A stretch of 64,000 bases of DNA from Octopus bimaculoides (lineage: Eukaryota): the NCBI RefSeq assembly GCF_001194135.2, contig NC_068990.1, positions 5,154,028 to 5,218,027 of the forward strand. The letters run 5' to 3'. The first letter of the stretch is position 1, and every line of letters starts with the position of its first letter. Shown here in pieces: positions 39,749 to 51,690 of this stretch. The notes under the pieces were generated by a model. That model was not told the DNA's origin, ran no database searches, and saw only the letters and a list, made by a program, of their open reading frames with translations. The position numbers were made by a program, and so were the translations under genes.

Positions 39749-41466
39749 GAGGAAGACAGTACAAGTGGATGAATTAAACAGGATTCTAAACAATGATAAT
39801 TGGGGTGGCTATAAACAGAACAGGGGACAACTTGTTGCTGTAATCTTGTGATATTATTGTAAAATTGACTTTCTATTGTCTTTTAATACTGAATTCAAGT
39901 CTAAGATAACTTGGATAAAAATAGATTTCCCTAAATTGACTTGCTTTAGATACATTGCATCAAGATGTAATCTTTGGTTGGACCAAGTAGAGTGTCTGTT
40001 TCTTGAGTGGCAGATTTAATTCAACACCTGGTTTAATGCCATCATCTGACCCTTTAATGCCATTAAATAGTCCACCCTGTTGCTGGTATTCGATTGTGTC
40101 TTCCATTTGAGGATAATTTGATATGTTAGTAAACCGATTCCTACTTTAGCAACCTATGGGTCACAGCTTCTTGATCTCTTTGCTTGGTAAGTTCAGAGGC
40201 CTTGCAGAAAGGTCACAGACACTTCTTTCATACCTCTGACTGATGGTGGGGATAATAATAATAATAATAATGATGATGATAATAATAATAATAATAATAT
40301 TAATAAAATCCAGACAGTAGTATTTCATGCATTGGCACATTAATCTATTGTCTGGTTTGAATACTCTCATATTTATAACTTTTTTGTTTTTCTTGTTTTA
40401 TTTCTAATAACTTATTGAGAGGCAAACTCATTGTATTGAATTCACTGCTACTCTGACAGTTGTACAAAATCAGAAGTGTTTAACTTGAAAATTTACATAG
40501 CATCCACTGTCTAACTGGAACATCTATATTTTTCCCATTCTTACTTGTGGAGAAGAATTTTCTGTTTGGAACACACATATGCAATCATGTTTGTCAATTA
40601 TATTCATATATATTAGAGTTCTCATAAATATGTAACTATATTCTTACTATATTGTATACAGTTTTAGTATTGTTATGAGAAGAAGAAAAAATTGGCATTA
40701 TTGAATGAAAAGGAAAAAAATCAACATCTTTTCAGCATTTCTTCAAATTATGTTCGATTTATTGATTAAATTATTGATAAGATTTGTTCCATTAAAAGTG
40801 AAGAATATTTTGTAGTTTCATAAGTTTGGTGATACTTTTCATAAAATTTTACTATATATGAAATAAAATACACTATAAAAAAAAACAACAAAAAAACAGG
40901 AATTTGTATTAAGTTTATAGCATGGAAAAATAACATTTGAAATAACAATTTTGTAGGAAAAGTGGGGTGCAAAATAAAGTATACCTAATTTCAGGATGTT
41001 GAATTTTTTTCCCAAACTAAATATTAACAACTAATAACAGTAAATAACACTCCTGTCCATCTATCACAAAACCCAATATCTTGTATGAAATCAAAAACAT
41101 CAGTACTGTTACTGTAATAGTACTGGCATTAAATCAATGTCACTTGTTCCTTTTCATACCACTGCATTAATATTTCTGAGATTCATTTAAAGGTGAGGTT
41201 TGAATTAACTTTCAAGAGACAAATGTTCACATCCCACTATATATATGCTCTCAAATAATCTAGCTCTCAAATAATCCAGCTTATCTTGCTGTGTACATAG
41301 ATACCAGGGAGTGAATGAATTGTATATTTTAGTTATTATTATCAATCCTATTCACACTTGGGAAATAAAGCTTCAGTGATCTAATATTTTTTAGACTAGA
41401 CTCTAGCAAACTTTTGAGCCTTACACCATGTAAAATCATTTCTCTCAACTCACCTTCAACTGTTGT

Positions 41467-41715
41467 GGAGGCACAAGGCTTAGTGGTTAGGGTGTTGGAG
41501 TCATGATTGTAAGATTGTGGCTTCAATTCCTGGACTGGCGACATGTTCTTGAGCAAAACACCTCGTTTCACATTGCTCCTGTCCACTCAGCTAGCAAAAA
41601 TGAATAATCCTGTGGCAGATCAGCATCCTGTTCAGGTGGAGAATTTATACGCTGTGGAAACCAGCAAAGTGGCCCTTATAAGTTAGTATGGCTTGAGAAG
41701 GAATCTTACTTTACC
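41467..41715 (+). mobile_element. SINE family D subfamily with TTTACC tail
   Basis: Closely matches 45607-45840. Confidence 0.8.
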
Positions 41716-41729
41716 TTTACTTTTAACTG

Positions 41730-42030
41730 TTCAAAGACAGATGTTCTTTGACCATTCAGGATTTTGCTTCCTGGTGGTCTCCATCTTAATGCTACCTCTG
41801 GCATCTTGTTTCGGTTCATTCCAAGTGAATGACCTAGGCATCTTAGTTGGCAATATTGCCATCAGTTTTTCAGGAGGACTCCCCGCTCGACATTTTGTTG
41901 GACCAGAAGGTTTGCCATATTTTCATCTGTCACCCATTAGGGAAAATATTGATCTTCTTCAGGTTCAGTTTTACCACACATCAGCATTCTGAGGCATACA
42001 TTAGATCTGGCTTAATGTTACTGTTATAGA
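41730..42030 (-). mobile_element. RTE-clade LINE RT C-terminal remnant
   Basis: SNIKPDLMYASEC...LRCLGHSLGMN..KMPEVALRWRPPG matches the RTE SNV..VLLYGSECW and GH.LRM....P..AL.W.P.G motifs. Confidence 0.7.
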
Positions 42031-42039
42031 GTTTAAGTC

Positions 42040-42205
42040 AGCAAGCTGGCAGAATTCTTACCATGCCAGGCAAAATGCTTAGTCATTTTTCGTCCATCTC
42101 TATTTTCTGAATTCAAATTCTGCTAAGGTTAACTTTACATTTCATCCTTTCAGGGTTGATAAAATAAGTATCAGTTGAATGCAGGGATCGATATAACTGA
42201 TCCAC
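42040..42205 (+). mobile_element. SINE family C
   Basis: CAAGCTGGCAGAATTCTTA...GAATTCAAATTCTGCTAAGGTTAACTTT..CTTTCAGGGTTGATAAAATAAGTA. Confidence 0.8.
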
Positions 42206-42401
42206 CTGTTGGCAATTTCTTTTCCTTCTTTGAACTTTTCCCTTTCTCCTTTCTGACAAAGAGCTATGCTTGAAATGTCAAACTCTTTATTTTAACTGAG
42301 CATCAAGCTAATACATTCCTTGTGCATGTCTTCTTGCCTGTTAATTTTATTATTCTTTTTTTTTTAATTGATTGTTGTTTATTTGAATTGACTATATTTA
42401 T

Positions 42402-42419
<18 letters not shown>

Positions 42420-42444
<25 letters not shown>

Positions 42445-42635
42445 AACATGCATAAATGCATGTGTGTTCAAGTCTTCCACACAGTTTTCATCAACCAAAT
42501 TCACTCACAAGACATTGGTTGGTTAACAGGGATATAGACGAAGTCACTTGCCCAAGGTGGCACATATTGAGACTGAACTCGAAACCATGTGATTGCAAAG
42601 TGAACTTCTTAATCACACAGTCATGCCTGTGCCTG
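42420..42635 (-). mobile_element. SINE family A 5' half
   Basis: CAAATTCACTCACAAGACATTGG...GAGACTGAACTCGAAACCATGTG. Confidence 0.7.
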
Positions 42636-43202
42636 TGTTTTCAGTTTTTGTGGGACCTTCTGGTACAATTTTTCACAAAGGGCTACCAGAGTTTTAATAA
42701 GTTAGGGCATTCATTCAATCTAAAAATAGAAGTGAGTGTTAGTATATATGATAGTTGGAGAACACAAGTGAAAGAGTGTGTTCATATTTATAGTGTTATC
42801 TAATATATTCACCAGAAGTTACTGTACTGGTTATGATATGTAGTATGAGTATAAAATGAATGCTGAGAGGGGATAATTGCCATGTGCTGAGAGTGTGAAG
42901 TGCAATGCTAGAAAAAGATTAAGGAAGACATTAGTTAAATCAAGGAACAGAATATTGGACTGCAATGATTAGGTAATAATGAATTGAGAGAAGTAATTTT
43001 ATGCTATACTACAGTTTGATTTTTGATAAATAACATCTAAATCTCTTTCAAATCCCATCCTACCATCTTAAAAAAAAAAAAGGATCAATGTGGTCTTAGA
43101 TACAACATGCTTAAATAAAAGTCAGGATGGTCATGGCAGGAATCTTTTGTTCATTAATTTATTCAATAACAATAACAACAACAACAAAAGACACAGACAT
43201 AA

Positions 43203-43252
<50 letters not shown>

Positions 43253-44125
43253 ATGGAAAGAGAAGGAGAGAGGAAGAGAAGCAATTACTAGCAAAAGTAC
43301 AGAAATGATTCACAGAGTGGAAAACCATGTTCTGGAAGCTGAAAGAAGAATTAACTTTCCAATCTTATTATCAATGTTCATACCATTTCTCATTTCATGG
43401 GGATTAGGAAGGTTTAGACAAAGTTAATAGACAAGAAGAGGCCGGAGATAGACAGGGTAAAGGAAATGGATCCAAACTCAATTGATATAATATATTTCTA
43501 TTTCAATCTCATTTATTCAGCAATTATCTTATAACAAAGATATGTGACCCTGTGAACTGAGTCCAGATATACACCTACAGTCAGTCAGGTGATATATCGA
43601 TATTTCAGATCCGTCATGTATAAAATGGGTGAGCTTTGTCAATGATAAAAGTCATGATTCCTGAGAAAATCAAAGAGGCTCTTTCCTATGCAATAATATT
43701 TAAAGGTTTTCACTTATTGTTTAATCAAAGGGCCAATGAATAGTATCATTTCACCTCTACAGTTAGATGGAAGGAATCATTAAAAGTTAAGTATCTTAGT
43801 CATGAACATATCCTTTTGCAGCACTGCTTACATGCTATGAACTAGCAATCTCTGGCTAGTTGCTGTGTAACCTATCAGTTCTAAATAATAAGTAGTGTCA
43901 GTTCCTTAACTTTTCATGATTGGATGTAATCATCAAGGGCAGTTTAGCTTCATTGAATTCAAGGAATTAGAAAAAGGGAATAATTATATTCAAGTCATGT
44001 CTTTTCCAAAAGCATTTGGGAATCTTTTGAAATGAAATAGTTACAATTCATGATCAAACTTAGGATTAAGACATGGTTCATAAGAAACTTGTCTTGTAGA
44101 GTAAGACACTTGTGCTTTGTAAATA

Positions 44126-45023
44126 TGAGGTGGTATCAAAACGTTCTCAGACTAGTTCTGTAGTGTGCCAACAGATGGCAGCACATGGTTGTGTGCATAG
44201 TGGAAACTAGCAGTGACCTTCATGAGGCAGTGTGCTGAGTGACATCACTGTTTACTTCGCAAGTTGTGAAATTTGTGATCATGTGTGTGCTGTAATTTGT
44301 GATTTTGTCATGGACAGGAAATTGGAACAAAGAGCCAACATGAAATATTGCGTTAAAGGGAAGTCTGCTACAGAGACATTGAGCACGCTTTGGCAAGCTT
44401 ACAGCGACAAGGCAATGAGTCGTACACAATGTTTTGAGTGGCATGGGCACTTCAAGCATGGAAGAATAACCCTGGAAGACAATGAGTGATCAGGATGACC
44501 TGCCACAAGCATCAACACCAGGAATGAAGTATTGTGCGATGATACTTTGTCCCCCAGAGCCAGACCATCAGTCAAGAGTTCTACTGTGACATTTTGAAAC
44601 CTTTGGTGAAAGAATGCAAAGAATTGGATTCTTCCCAATGCCAATGGACCCAGTCACTGAGTTCTCCTCACTCGGGAGTTTCTCACCAAAAGCAACATGG
44701 TATCACTTCTGCACCCACCCTATTCACCAGATTTAGCACTTGCAGACTTCCATCTCTTCAAGATGAAAATGCAGCTCAAAGATCATCGTTTTAACACCAT
44801 TATTGAGATCCAGACCACATCACAGACGGTCCTTGACTCGCTTACAGAAAATGATTTCCAGGCCAGATTCCAAAAGTGGCAGGAATGCTGGGACCAGTGT
44901 ATTGCTGCACAAGGTGACTATTTCAAAGAAGATGACGTCAAAGAAGATAATGTTAAAACTTAGGTAAATAAGCTATTTTTTTATTAAACCTAACTAGTCC
45001 AGGAACGTTTTGATACCACCTCC
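44126..45023 (+). mobile_element. Internally deleted mariner element (898 bp) with both TIRs
   Basis: TIRs GAGGTGGTATCAAAACGTTC.. at both ends; TA TSD at 44124-44125 and 45024-45025. N-terminal EQRANMKYC..GKSATET..EW..HFK.GR..LED and C-terminal HPPYSPDLALADF...CIAAQGDYF; the central region is missing. Confidence 0.93.
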
Positions 45024-45049
45024 TATACTAAAATGTAATTTGATTTAAT

Positions 45050-45435
45050 TTCAGGTATGGCTGTGTGATAAGGAGCTTGCTTCCCAATCACATGGTTCTG
45101 GGTTCAGTTCTACAGAGTGGTACTTTGGGCAAGTGTCTTCCACTGTAGCCTTGAGCTGACTAAAGCCTTGTGAGTTGATTTGGTAGACAGAAACTTAACA
45201 CAGTCCATCATACACATGTATGTATATACATATATATATATATTTATGTGTGTATGTTTCTTTGTGTCTGTGTTTGTCCCTCATCACTGCATAACAACTG
45301 GTGCTGGTGAGTCTTAAGTCCCAGTAACTTAGCAAAAATGACCAATAGAATGAGTACTGGGCTCAAAAGAATGTAAATCATTCAACTAAAATTCTTCGAG
45401 GCAGTGACCCAGCAACTGATAGATAAAAGATAAAG
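45050..45435 (+). mobile_element. SINE family A
   Basis: CAGGTATGGCTGTGTGATAAG...TTGGGCAAGTGTCTTC...GTTTGTCCC. Confidence 0.8.
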
Positions 45436-45606
45436 CAATGAGGTGGTGCAATGACTGTGACAATAATGTACTAGAATTATAGCCACAAGATCGTTTATCC
45501 AAATACTATTACAGCCAGTGTGTTGTACCAATGAACAAGGCACGTGATTGCTTACTCATGTTTGCTAGATTGATATCCTATCCTACTTCAATAATTAAGT
45601 TGCTGT

Positions 45607-45840
45607 GAAAGTGCATGGTTTAGTGGTTAGGATATTTAATGCCTGATCTTAAGATTGTGGTTTCGATTCATGGACTGGGTGACTCATTGTGTTCTTGAGC
45701 AAAACACTTCATTTCACATTACTCCAGTCCACTCAGCTGGCAAAAATGAGTAATCCAGGTAGGAAATATATATACCATGGAAACCAGGAAACCAGCCCTT
45801 ATGAGTCTGCATGACTCAAGAAGGTAACTTTACTTTACCT
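45607..45840 (+). mobile_element. SINE family D subfamily with TTTACC tail
   Basis: A-box-like TGGTTTAGTGG, B-box-like GGTTTCGATTC, core GTGTTCTTGAGCAAAACAC. Confidence 0.8.
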
Positions 45841-47366
45841 AAGTTAAGTTGTTATTATTAAGCTCCTGATTATCTATGATCAAGCAGACATATGATCCAT
45901 GATGTACCTGCTACAGCCATATTGCTCCTTGTGGGCAGTGCACTCAAGGCAATGTTAGCCAATGTGATAATAAGGTCTTTTTATTGTATTTGAAATGTTA
46001 AGATGTAATTTGAGTGTAATTTGGTTGCTGTATTTAGCATGGCAAGCAGCCATGCAAAGACTCAACTGTTCAGTGTTTATAACAGGAAGTGAGTGCATCC
46101 ACCTGTGAAAGTGTTTGCTATGACATCCCACTCCCGTCACCAAAGCAGACATTGGAAAATGGATATAAACAGTGTTAAATTAATTGTTTTGTTTGCAAAT
46201 AATAAATTGTGTAACACTATATTTTTTTAACAAGAATATCAAATAAAAATAGTGTGTGTGTGTGCATGCACGTGTGTGTGTGTGCATGCACGTGTGTGTG
46301 TGTGTTGACATCCTGTAGGTTAATCATTTGTTTTATCTCTAAGATAGTGAGTTTGTCTGTATGCAAGTGTGTGTGCTATGCTAAAAGGAAAATAAAGTTA
46401 GCTATGCAGTAAATAGCTTTCTTTTGATCTTTCAGCTTTGTTGTTGTTAACAAAATTGGAAATTTTAATATCTATGTTGAAGTATTTATTTAATATTATC
46501 AAGTGAGTCGTAATGTCTAAATTTGAATAATTTAAAAGTTCTGGTCAATGAGTTGAAATTCTGTTACAAGAATTGTGCTCTTATATAAGCTATATATAAC
46601 TCATGCAATCCATCGCTGCTTAACATTTACCAAAACTTTAATGTTTTGGTTTCAAAAATGCTGTGAGCTATCAAAATACAAATTCTAAAACTGAAATTAC
46701 ATTGTACTGTAATATTTTGTATTTTGTTTTGTCTATCTATGCTCTAAGATCAAATCCTACTGAAGGCAATTTTTATCCATCTGAAGTCAATAAATGAAGT
46801 ATCAATAATATGCTATGAAGCCTCTCTTGTTCTCTTCAAGGGAAAAGACACTGAGTTTGAAAAACGTAAATTTCCTATTGGAAAGTAGTTGTGCAAATGA
46901 AATAAAATAACTACAAACGAAAATCAAAGCTTCTTCAGAGACTCAATTTGACAGCAGCTTATCCTTAGTTCTATCTTAGCTGCCATATCAGTGAAACAAG
47001 GTTTTTAATGCTACAATACCAATGTGTGCAGTAAAAAAAATTAGTTATTGGTCTTTGTCAGGTTATATAAGAGCGAGTAGTATGTTTGATCTAAAAGATT
47101 AAATGTTTCTTGTATACATCATACGTATATATATCACCTTTGAAATCCGTGTTGCTTATTTTTTTATTTTGATCACCTATCCTTTTGGAATACGATATTC
47201 GGGTGCCTACGCATAAGTACCATATTCAACCTTGAATCTATATATATATGTATGTATATATATATATGTATATATATGTATATATATGTGTGTGTGTGTA
47301 TACATATATATATTTGTATGTATGTATGTATATATATATACAAATGTGTGTGTGTGTGTGTGTGCA

Positions 47367-48045
47367 CAGGGTGTTTGGGACTGAATTTGAGCATATTTTA
47401 TGTTTCGTTTTTTGGGCGGAGAACAGCTAGAAGTATTGGTGAACATACTGGCGTCAGAAAGCATAAAGATTAAAGTTGTAGTTGAGAAAAAGTTAGCAGA
47501 CATGAGACCTTCTCAATATTGGTAAAGAGTTTCCTGTATCATGATGATTCATGCCGGACATCAAAATAGCAACATCATAACTGCTGTTCAATGCTCTGTG
47601 AACAATGTAAAGGCTGTAAGATCTGACATAGACAGGTCCTACTGATACTACAAAGCTGTGGCCAGCAGGAAGGGCCACAGCAGGAAGGGCCACAGCAGGA
47701 AGGGCCACAGCAGGAAGGGCCACAGCAGGAAGGGCCACAGCAGGAAGGGCCACAGCAGGAAGGGCCACAGCAGGAAGGGCCACAGCAGGAAGGGCCACAG
47801 CAGGCATTCTGACTCTGTCCACAACCTAAAATTCATCCTTACATCTTTGAACACGGCATTAGACTCAGTTACAATGGCTCTGTGATGCTGCATATACTAG
47901 ATTCTGAAGCCATCTTGAAGTCACAGTGAAAGCTGAGGGTGGCTGCTTTGATTAAATTGTTATCTCCCAGACATAATCTTGTGGATATTGTTTGATTTAA
48001 AAAAATACTTTTATTTTTAGATCGGATATATTTTCATTTCCTTTT
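47367..48045 (+). mobile_element. Internally deleted Tc1/mariner-superfamily element
   Basis: Left end CAGGGTGTTTGGGACTGAATTTGAGC. N-terminal MRPSQYW*..IMMIHAGH..RK.HSRHSD joined to the C-terminal RF*SHLEVTVKAEGGCFD*. Catalytic core and right TIR absent. Confidence 0.7.
47664..47804. repeat. Perfect 15-bp minisatellite (AGCAGGAAGGGCCAC)x9.4
   Basis: Nine identical units plus AGCAGG; in frame, encoding (SRKGH)9. Confidence 0.97.
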
Positions 48046-48049
48046 CATA

Positions 48050-48900
48050 ATCATCATCATTATCATTTAATGTCCTCCTTTCATACTAGAATGGGTTGAA
48101 TAGTTTGACAGGAATTGGCAAGTCAGAAGTATGTACCAAGCCCTACTTCTTCTTATGTGTCAATAGCTTGCTCTGGGTAGACAGCAGGGAATTTCTCAGG
48201 CCCTTTCATTCCATGCTTAGCTTCCACATATGAAAATTCCTCTCTAATTCTACTAAAAATTCAGCTATAAGAACAAGATCATCAGCACAGAAGAGCTCCC
48301 CTAGGTAGGGCAGCCAGTTTTAAATTTCTCTCTTATGGCCTGCAGGACTATGATAAACAAGAGGGAACGAAGAACCAATCCTTGATGAACTTTTACCTGC
48401 ACACTAAATTCAGTGCTACCCTCATTGCTGACTTTCACCTTACAGCCTATATCCCTGTATGGGGTTTGGACAACTCTCACCAGTCACTCATCTAGCCCTT
48501 GCTTCTACAGTGACCACCAGATGAGGGAGTGGTTGACCCTGACAAAGACCTCCATGCTGACAAATGTCAAGTACAACAGTTTATTTTTGGCAAAATGCTT
48601 CTCCTGCAGTTGCCTTACTAGGAAGATAATATCAGTAGTACTTCTTTTAGGCACAAAACCAAATTGCACCTCATCTAGGTTAGCTCTCTTCCTAATTAGC
48701 TGAGCTATGGCCCTTTCTGTAACTTTCATGACCAGGTCTGGCAATTTGATAACTCTGTAACCACTTGTGACTAAGGCATCTCTATTAGCTTTGTAGTGGT
48801 TGACAATAATGCTGTGACACCAACCATTGAGTATGATCTCTTCTTGGTTAACCTGATTAATGATATGTGTGACTAAGCCATGTCCCAATCCACTGGATAT
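48050..48900 (-). mobile_element. RTE-clade LINE remnant (RT domain, deleted, with (GAT)n tail)
   Basis: Minus strand reads EVQFGFVPKRSTTDIIFLVRQLQEKH...LIWWSL...VKVHQGLVLRSLLFIIVL; tail (plus strand) ATCATCATCATTATCATTTAATGTCC at ~48050-48075. Confidence 0.85.
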
Positions 48901-49044
48901 AATTTAAGCAGGTGATAATTCCTGATGTGTCAGGGGCTTTCTCTGATTTCATATTTTTAACTGCATAGCAACAGTTATAATATTGATTTGAAATAGAAGC
49001 CTATTTTATGTCCTCTTTCCAGGTTGAAGTTTGCACATATTGGC

Positions 49045-49235
49045 TCCTGTGCAGGTGGCACATAAAATACACCATTTTGAGCATGGCCGTTGCCAGTACC
49101 GCCTGACTGGCCTTAGTGCTGGTGGCACGTAAAAGCACCCATTACACTCTCTGAGTGGTTGGCATTGGGAAGGGCATCCAGCTGTAGAAACTCTGCCAAA
49201 TCAGATTGAAGCCTGGTGATGATGATGATGATGAT
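49045..49235 (+). mobile_element. SINE family B fragment
   Basis: GCTCCTGTGCAGGTGGCAC...GGCATTGGGAAGGGCATCCAGCTG..., truncated into (GAT)n. Confidence 0.85.
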
Positions 49236-50674
49236 GGGTGGTGGAGGACATTGCTCATCCAGCTGCATCTCATTTCATGTTTAGCTTGGTTTCTATGGCT
49301 CAATACTTTTCCAAACATCAAACACTTCAAGAGTGTAGAATGTTCTTTTTTATGGCTCCAGCGCTAGAGAGGTTTTGTGTTCTTGACAATATTAAAAGAT
49401 CTTTACAACCTCACTCTTTACAGAGTGTACTGGGTGCATTTTAATGATGCATGTCCTCAGTATGACAAATGAAACCTCACTGTTCTCTGTCTCTGCTCAC
49501 CTGCCAGCTTCTTTGCAAGGTAGGAAGCTTGAGTGATAGAGACTTGAATGATAATGATGAGAGGGTTGAGTGATAACGTATGGAGAGTGGAATGTATATT
49601 CAAGGCAATACAATGTGATCGAGATGGAAGTGAGACTGACAAAGGTTTATGTTACACAAGAGGTAGCACAATAACAGAAACGTAGGGTGCATGGAAGAGA
49701 AAGAGCAGGAATCTGCTGTCAGAGTGACATGAAATAATGAAAGGTAGTATCAGGAGAGGAAGGAAAGATAGAATGGCCTAGGCACAAATGATCGAAAGTA
49801 GTTAACTATCTATAGGCAACACGATAGGGATGAATATATATATATATAAATTATTCAAATGTCAACAATTTTGCAGCAAGCACCAAGTATTCTAACAACT
49901 TTCATGCAATAATGTTGTTCAAACATAAATAATCCTTAGAGCTCACCAAGCTTTTAATTTTGTCATTTTCTTCCCATAAAAGAGCAGAATTTGAAACATC
50001 AAGAATTATTATCAATAGACATAGGGTTAAAGTGAAGCATATAATATTTTGTTTTCTATTTATCTTGGGTCAAAAAATGAAATTGTTTTATATTGATTCT
50101 GCTTATTTTTTCAGATTTTTTTTTCATCAGATGCAAAAATTTCTATTAACTGTCCATTGTGGTTATTGATTATTTTTTTTCTGTTTACGCAGCAGTTTAA
50201 TTTTAAAATATATTCTAGATAGGTGAAAAAAAGAGGTAGCCTCTTACCATAATTGATAATATTTTTTATGGTTTAATAAGAATTCAAATCCTGCCAAGGC
50301 TAAATTTGACTTTCATCCTTACAAGGTCAACGAAATGAACACCATTTCTTGAATACCATTGTTGATATAATCATGCATAACACTAACCCCAAACAATGTT
50401 AACCTGTACTTATATTAAAAATCAATATTATAATTGTTACTATGAAGAATATAGGTAGGGTCTTATCTACTAACACTGTAACACTTCATAGTGACACAAG
50501 AGTTTGTTATGATGAAGATTGAATGGAATTAGCAGAATGCAACTTATATATATATGCATGATTGACATATATTGAAAAAAAAAAAAACTAACTTAAAAAG
50601 GTAACACATCAGGTCAGAATTTTGTTCCTAAAAAACCAAACTTTTAGTGGTATGAACAAATAGTATATGAAATT

Positions 50675-50714
<40 letters not shown>

Positions 50715-50743
50715 CATATGCTATATATATATTTTGTTTGTGC

Positions 50744-50779
<36 letters not shown>

Positions 50780-50794
50780 TGTAATAATTAATTA

Positions 50795-51060
50795 TTCACT
50801 CCCGGATAGTAAACCACAGATTTTCTGCGGTACCGCCTGCGACGCACATGGTAATCTGTGAGGGAAGATGATGGGCTGGCTCGCCTATGTAGATTTGGAG
50901 ATACTTTCAAAATGTGTCGACTGCAATGATGGCGCCAGATCATGAATGCACATTTGCCAGTATCGTCGAATTTACAACAGGAATATCATACCGATGAGGT
51001 AATGAGGAGTCTTTATCCTTCTAAACCAGAAACATGTATATGATTAACTATGGCTAGTTT
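50795..51060 (+). promoter_or_regulatory. CpG-enriched unique region, candidate promoter / first exon
   Basis: About 12 CpGs in ~260 bp of non-repeat DNA in an otherwise CpG-depleted window; strong donor GAG|GTAATG at 50998/50999. Confidence 0.45.
50942..50998 (+). CDS. Candidate first coding exon (MNAHLPVSSNLQQEYHTDE)
   Basis: ATG with A at -3 and an in-frame upstream stop; 19 open codons end exactly at a phase-0 GTAATG donor. Confidence 0.35.
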
Positions 51061-51142
51061 AGTTCGTTATTTTTCTTCTTGTTNNNNNNNNNNNNNNNNN
51101 NNNNNNNNNNNNNNNNNNNNNNNNNNNNNNTATATATATATA

Positions 51143-51286
51143 GGACAATCAGTTAGTTGTCATAATAATACTCAGAGTTTCAGATACCGGGGCTAAAAGA
51201 CATCCTCATCAGATAACTGATAAAGATGTCTTTTAACCCCAGCATGTGAAACTCTGAGTATTGTTATGACAACTAACTGGTTGTCC
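51143..51286. mobile_element. 144-bp palindromic element carrying two inverted hammerhead-ribozyme-like motifs
   Basis: 70-bp arms at ~88% identity around a 4-nt loop (51213-51216), flanked by TA. Minus strand reads CTGATGA-GGATG..TATCT-GAAAC-TCTGA-GTA. Confidence 0.7.
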
Positions 51287-51381
51287 TATATTATATATTT
51301 ATGGATAAATTCTTCTATTTACATAATATTGAGGTCTCATTCATTTTGTTATCATATTATTATTATCATTATTATTTATAT

Positions 51382-51690
51382 CATCATCATCATCATCATC
51401 ATCGTTTAACGTCCGCTTTCCATGCTAGCATGGGTTGGACGATTTGACTGAGGACTGGTGAAACCGGATGGCAACACCAGGCTCCAGTCTGATTTGGCAG
51501 AGTTTCTACAGCTGGATGCCCTTCCTAACGCCAACCACTCAGAGAGTGTAGTGGGTGCTTTTACGTGTCACCCGCACGAAAACGGCCACGCTCGAAATGG
51601 TGTCTTTTATGTGCCACCCGCACAAGCCAGTCCAGGGGCACTGGCAACGATCTCGCTCGAAAATCCTACAGGAGCCAGTCAGGCGGTATA
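51382..51690 (-). mobile_element. SINE family B, CpG-rich copy
   Basis: (CAT)n-CGTTTAACGTCCGCTTTCC...; internal units partly deleted relative to 29301-29681. Confidence 0.9.

Noticed and set aside
47493-47893. (PAVAL)n, (LLWPF)n and (SRKGH)n repeat proteins or a CRISPR-like array
   Set aside because: A contiguous 15-bp tandem repeat with no spacers inside a dead transposon; no evidence of expression.
49450-49790. Possible CR1-like RT remnant on the minus strand (HCIALNI)
   Set aside because: Similarity too faint to list as a feature.
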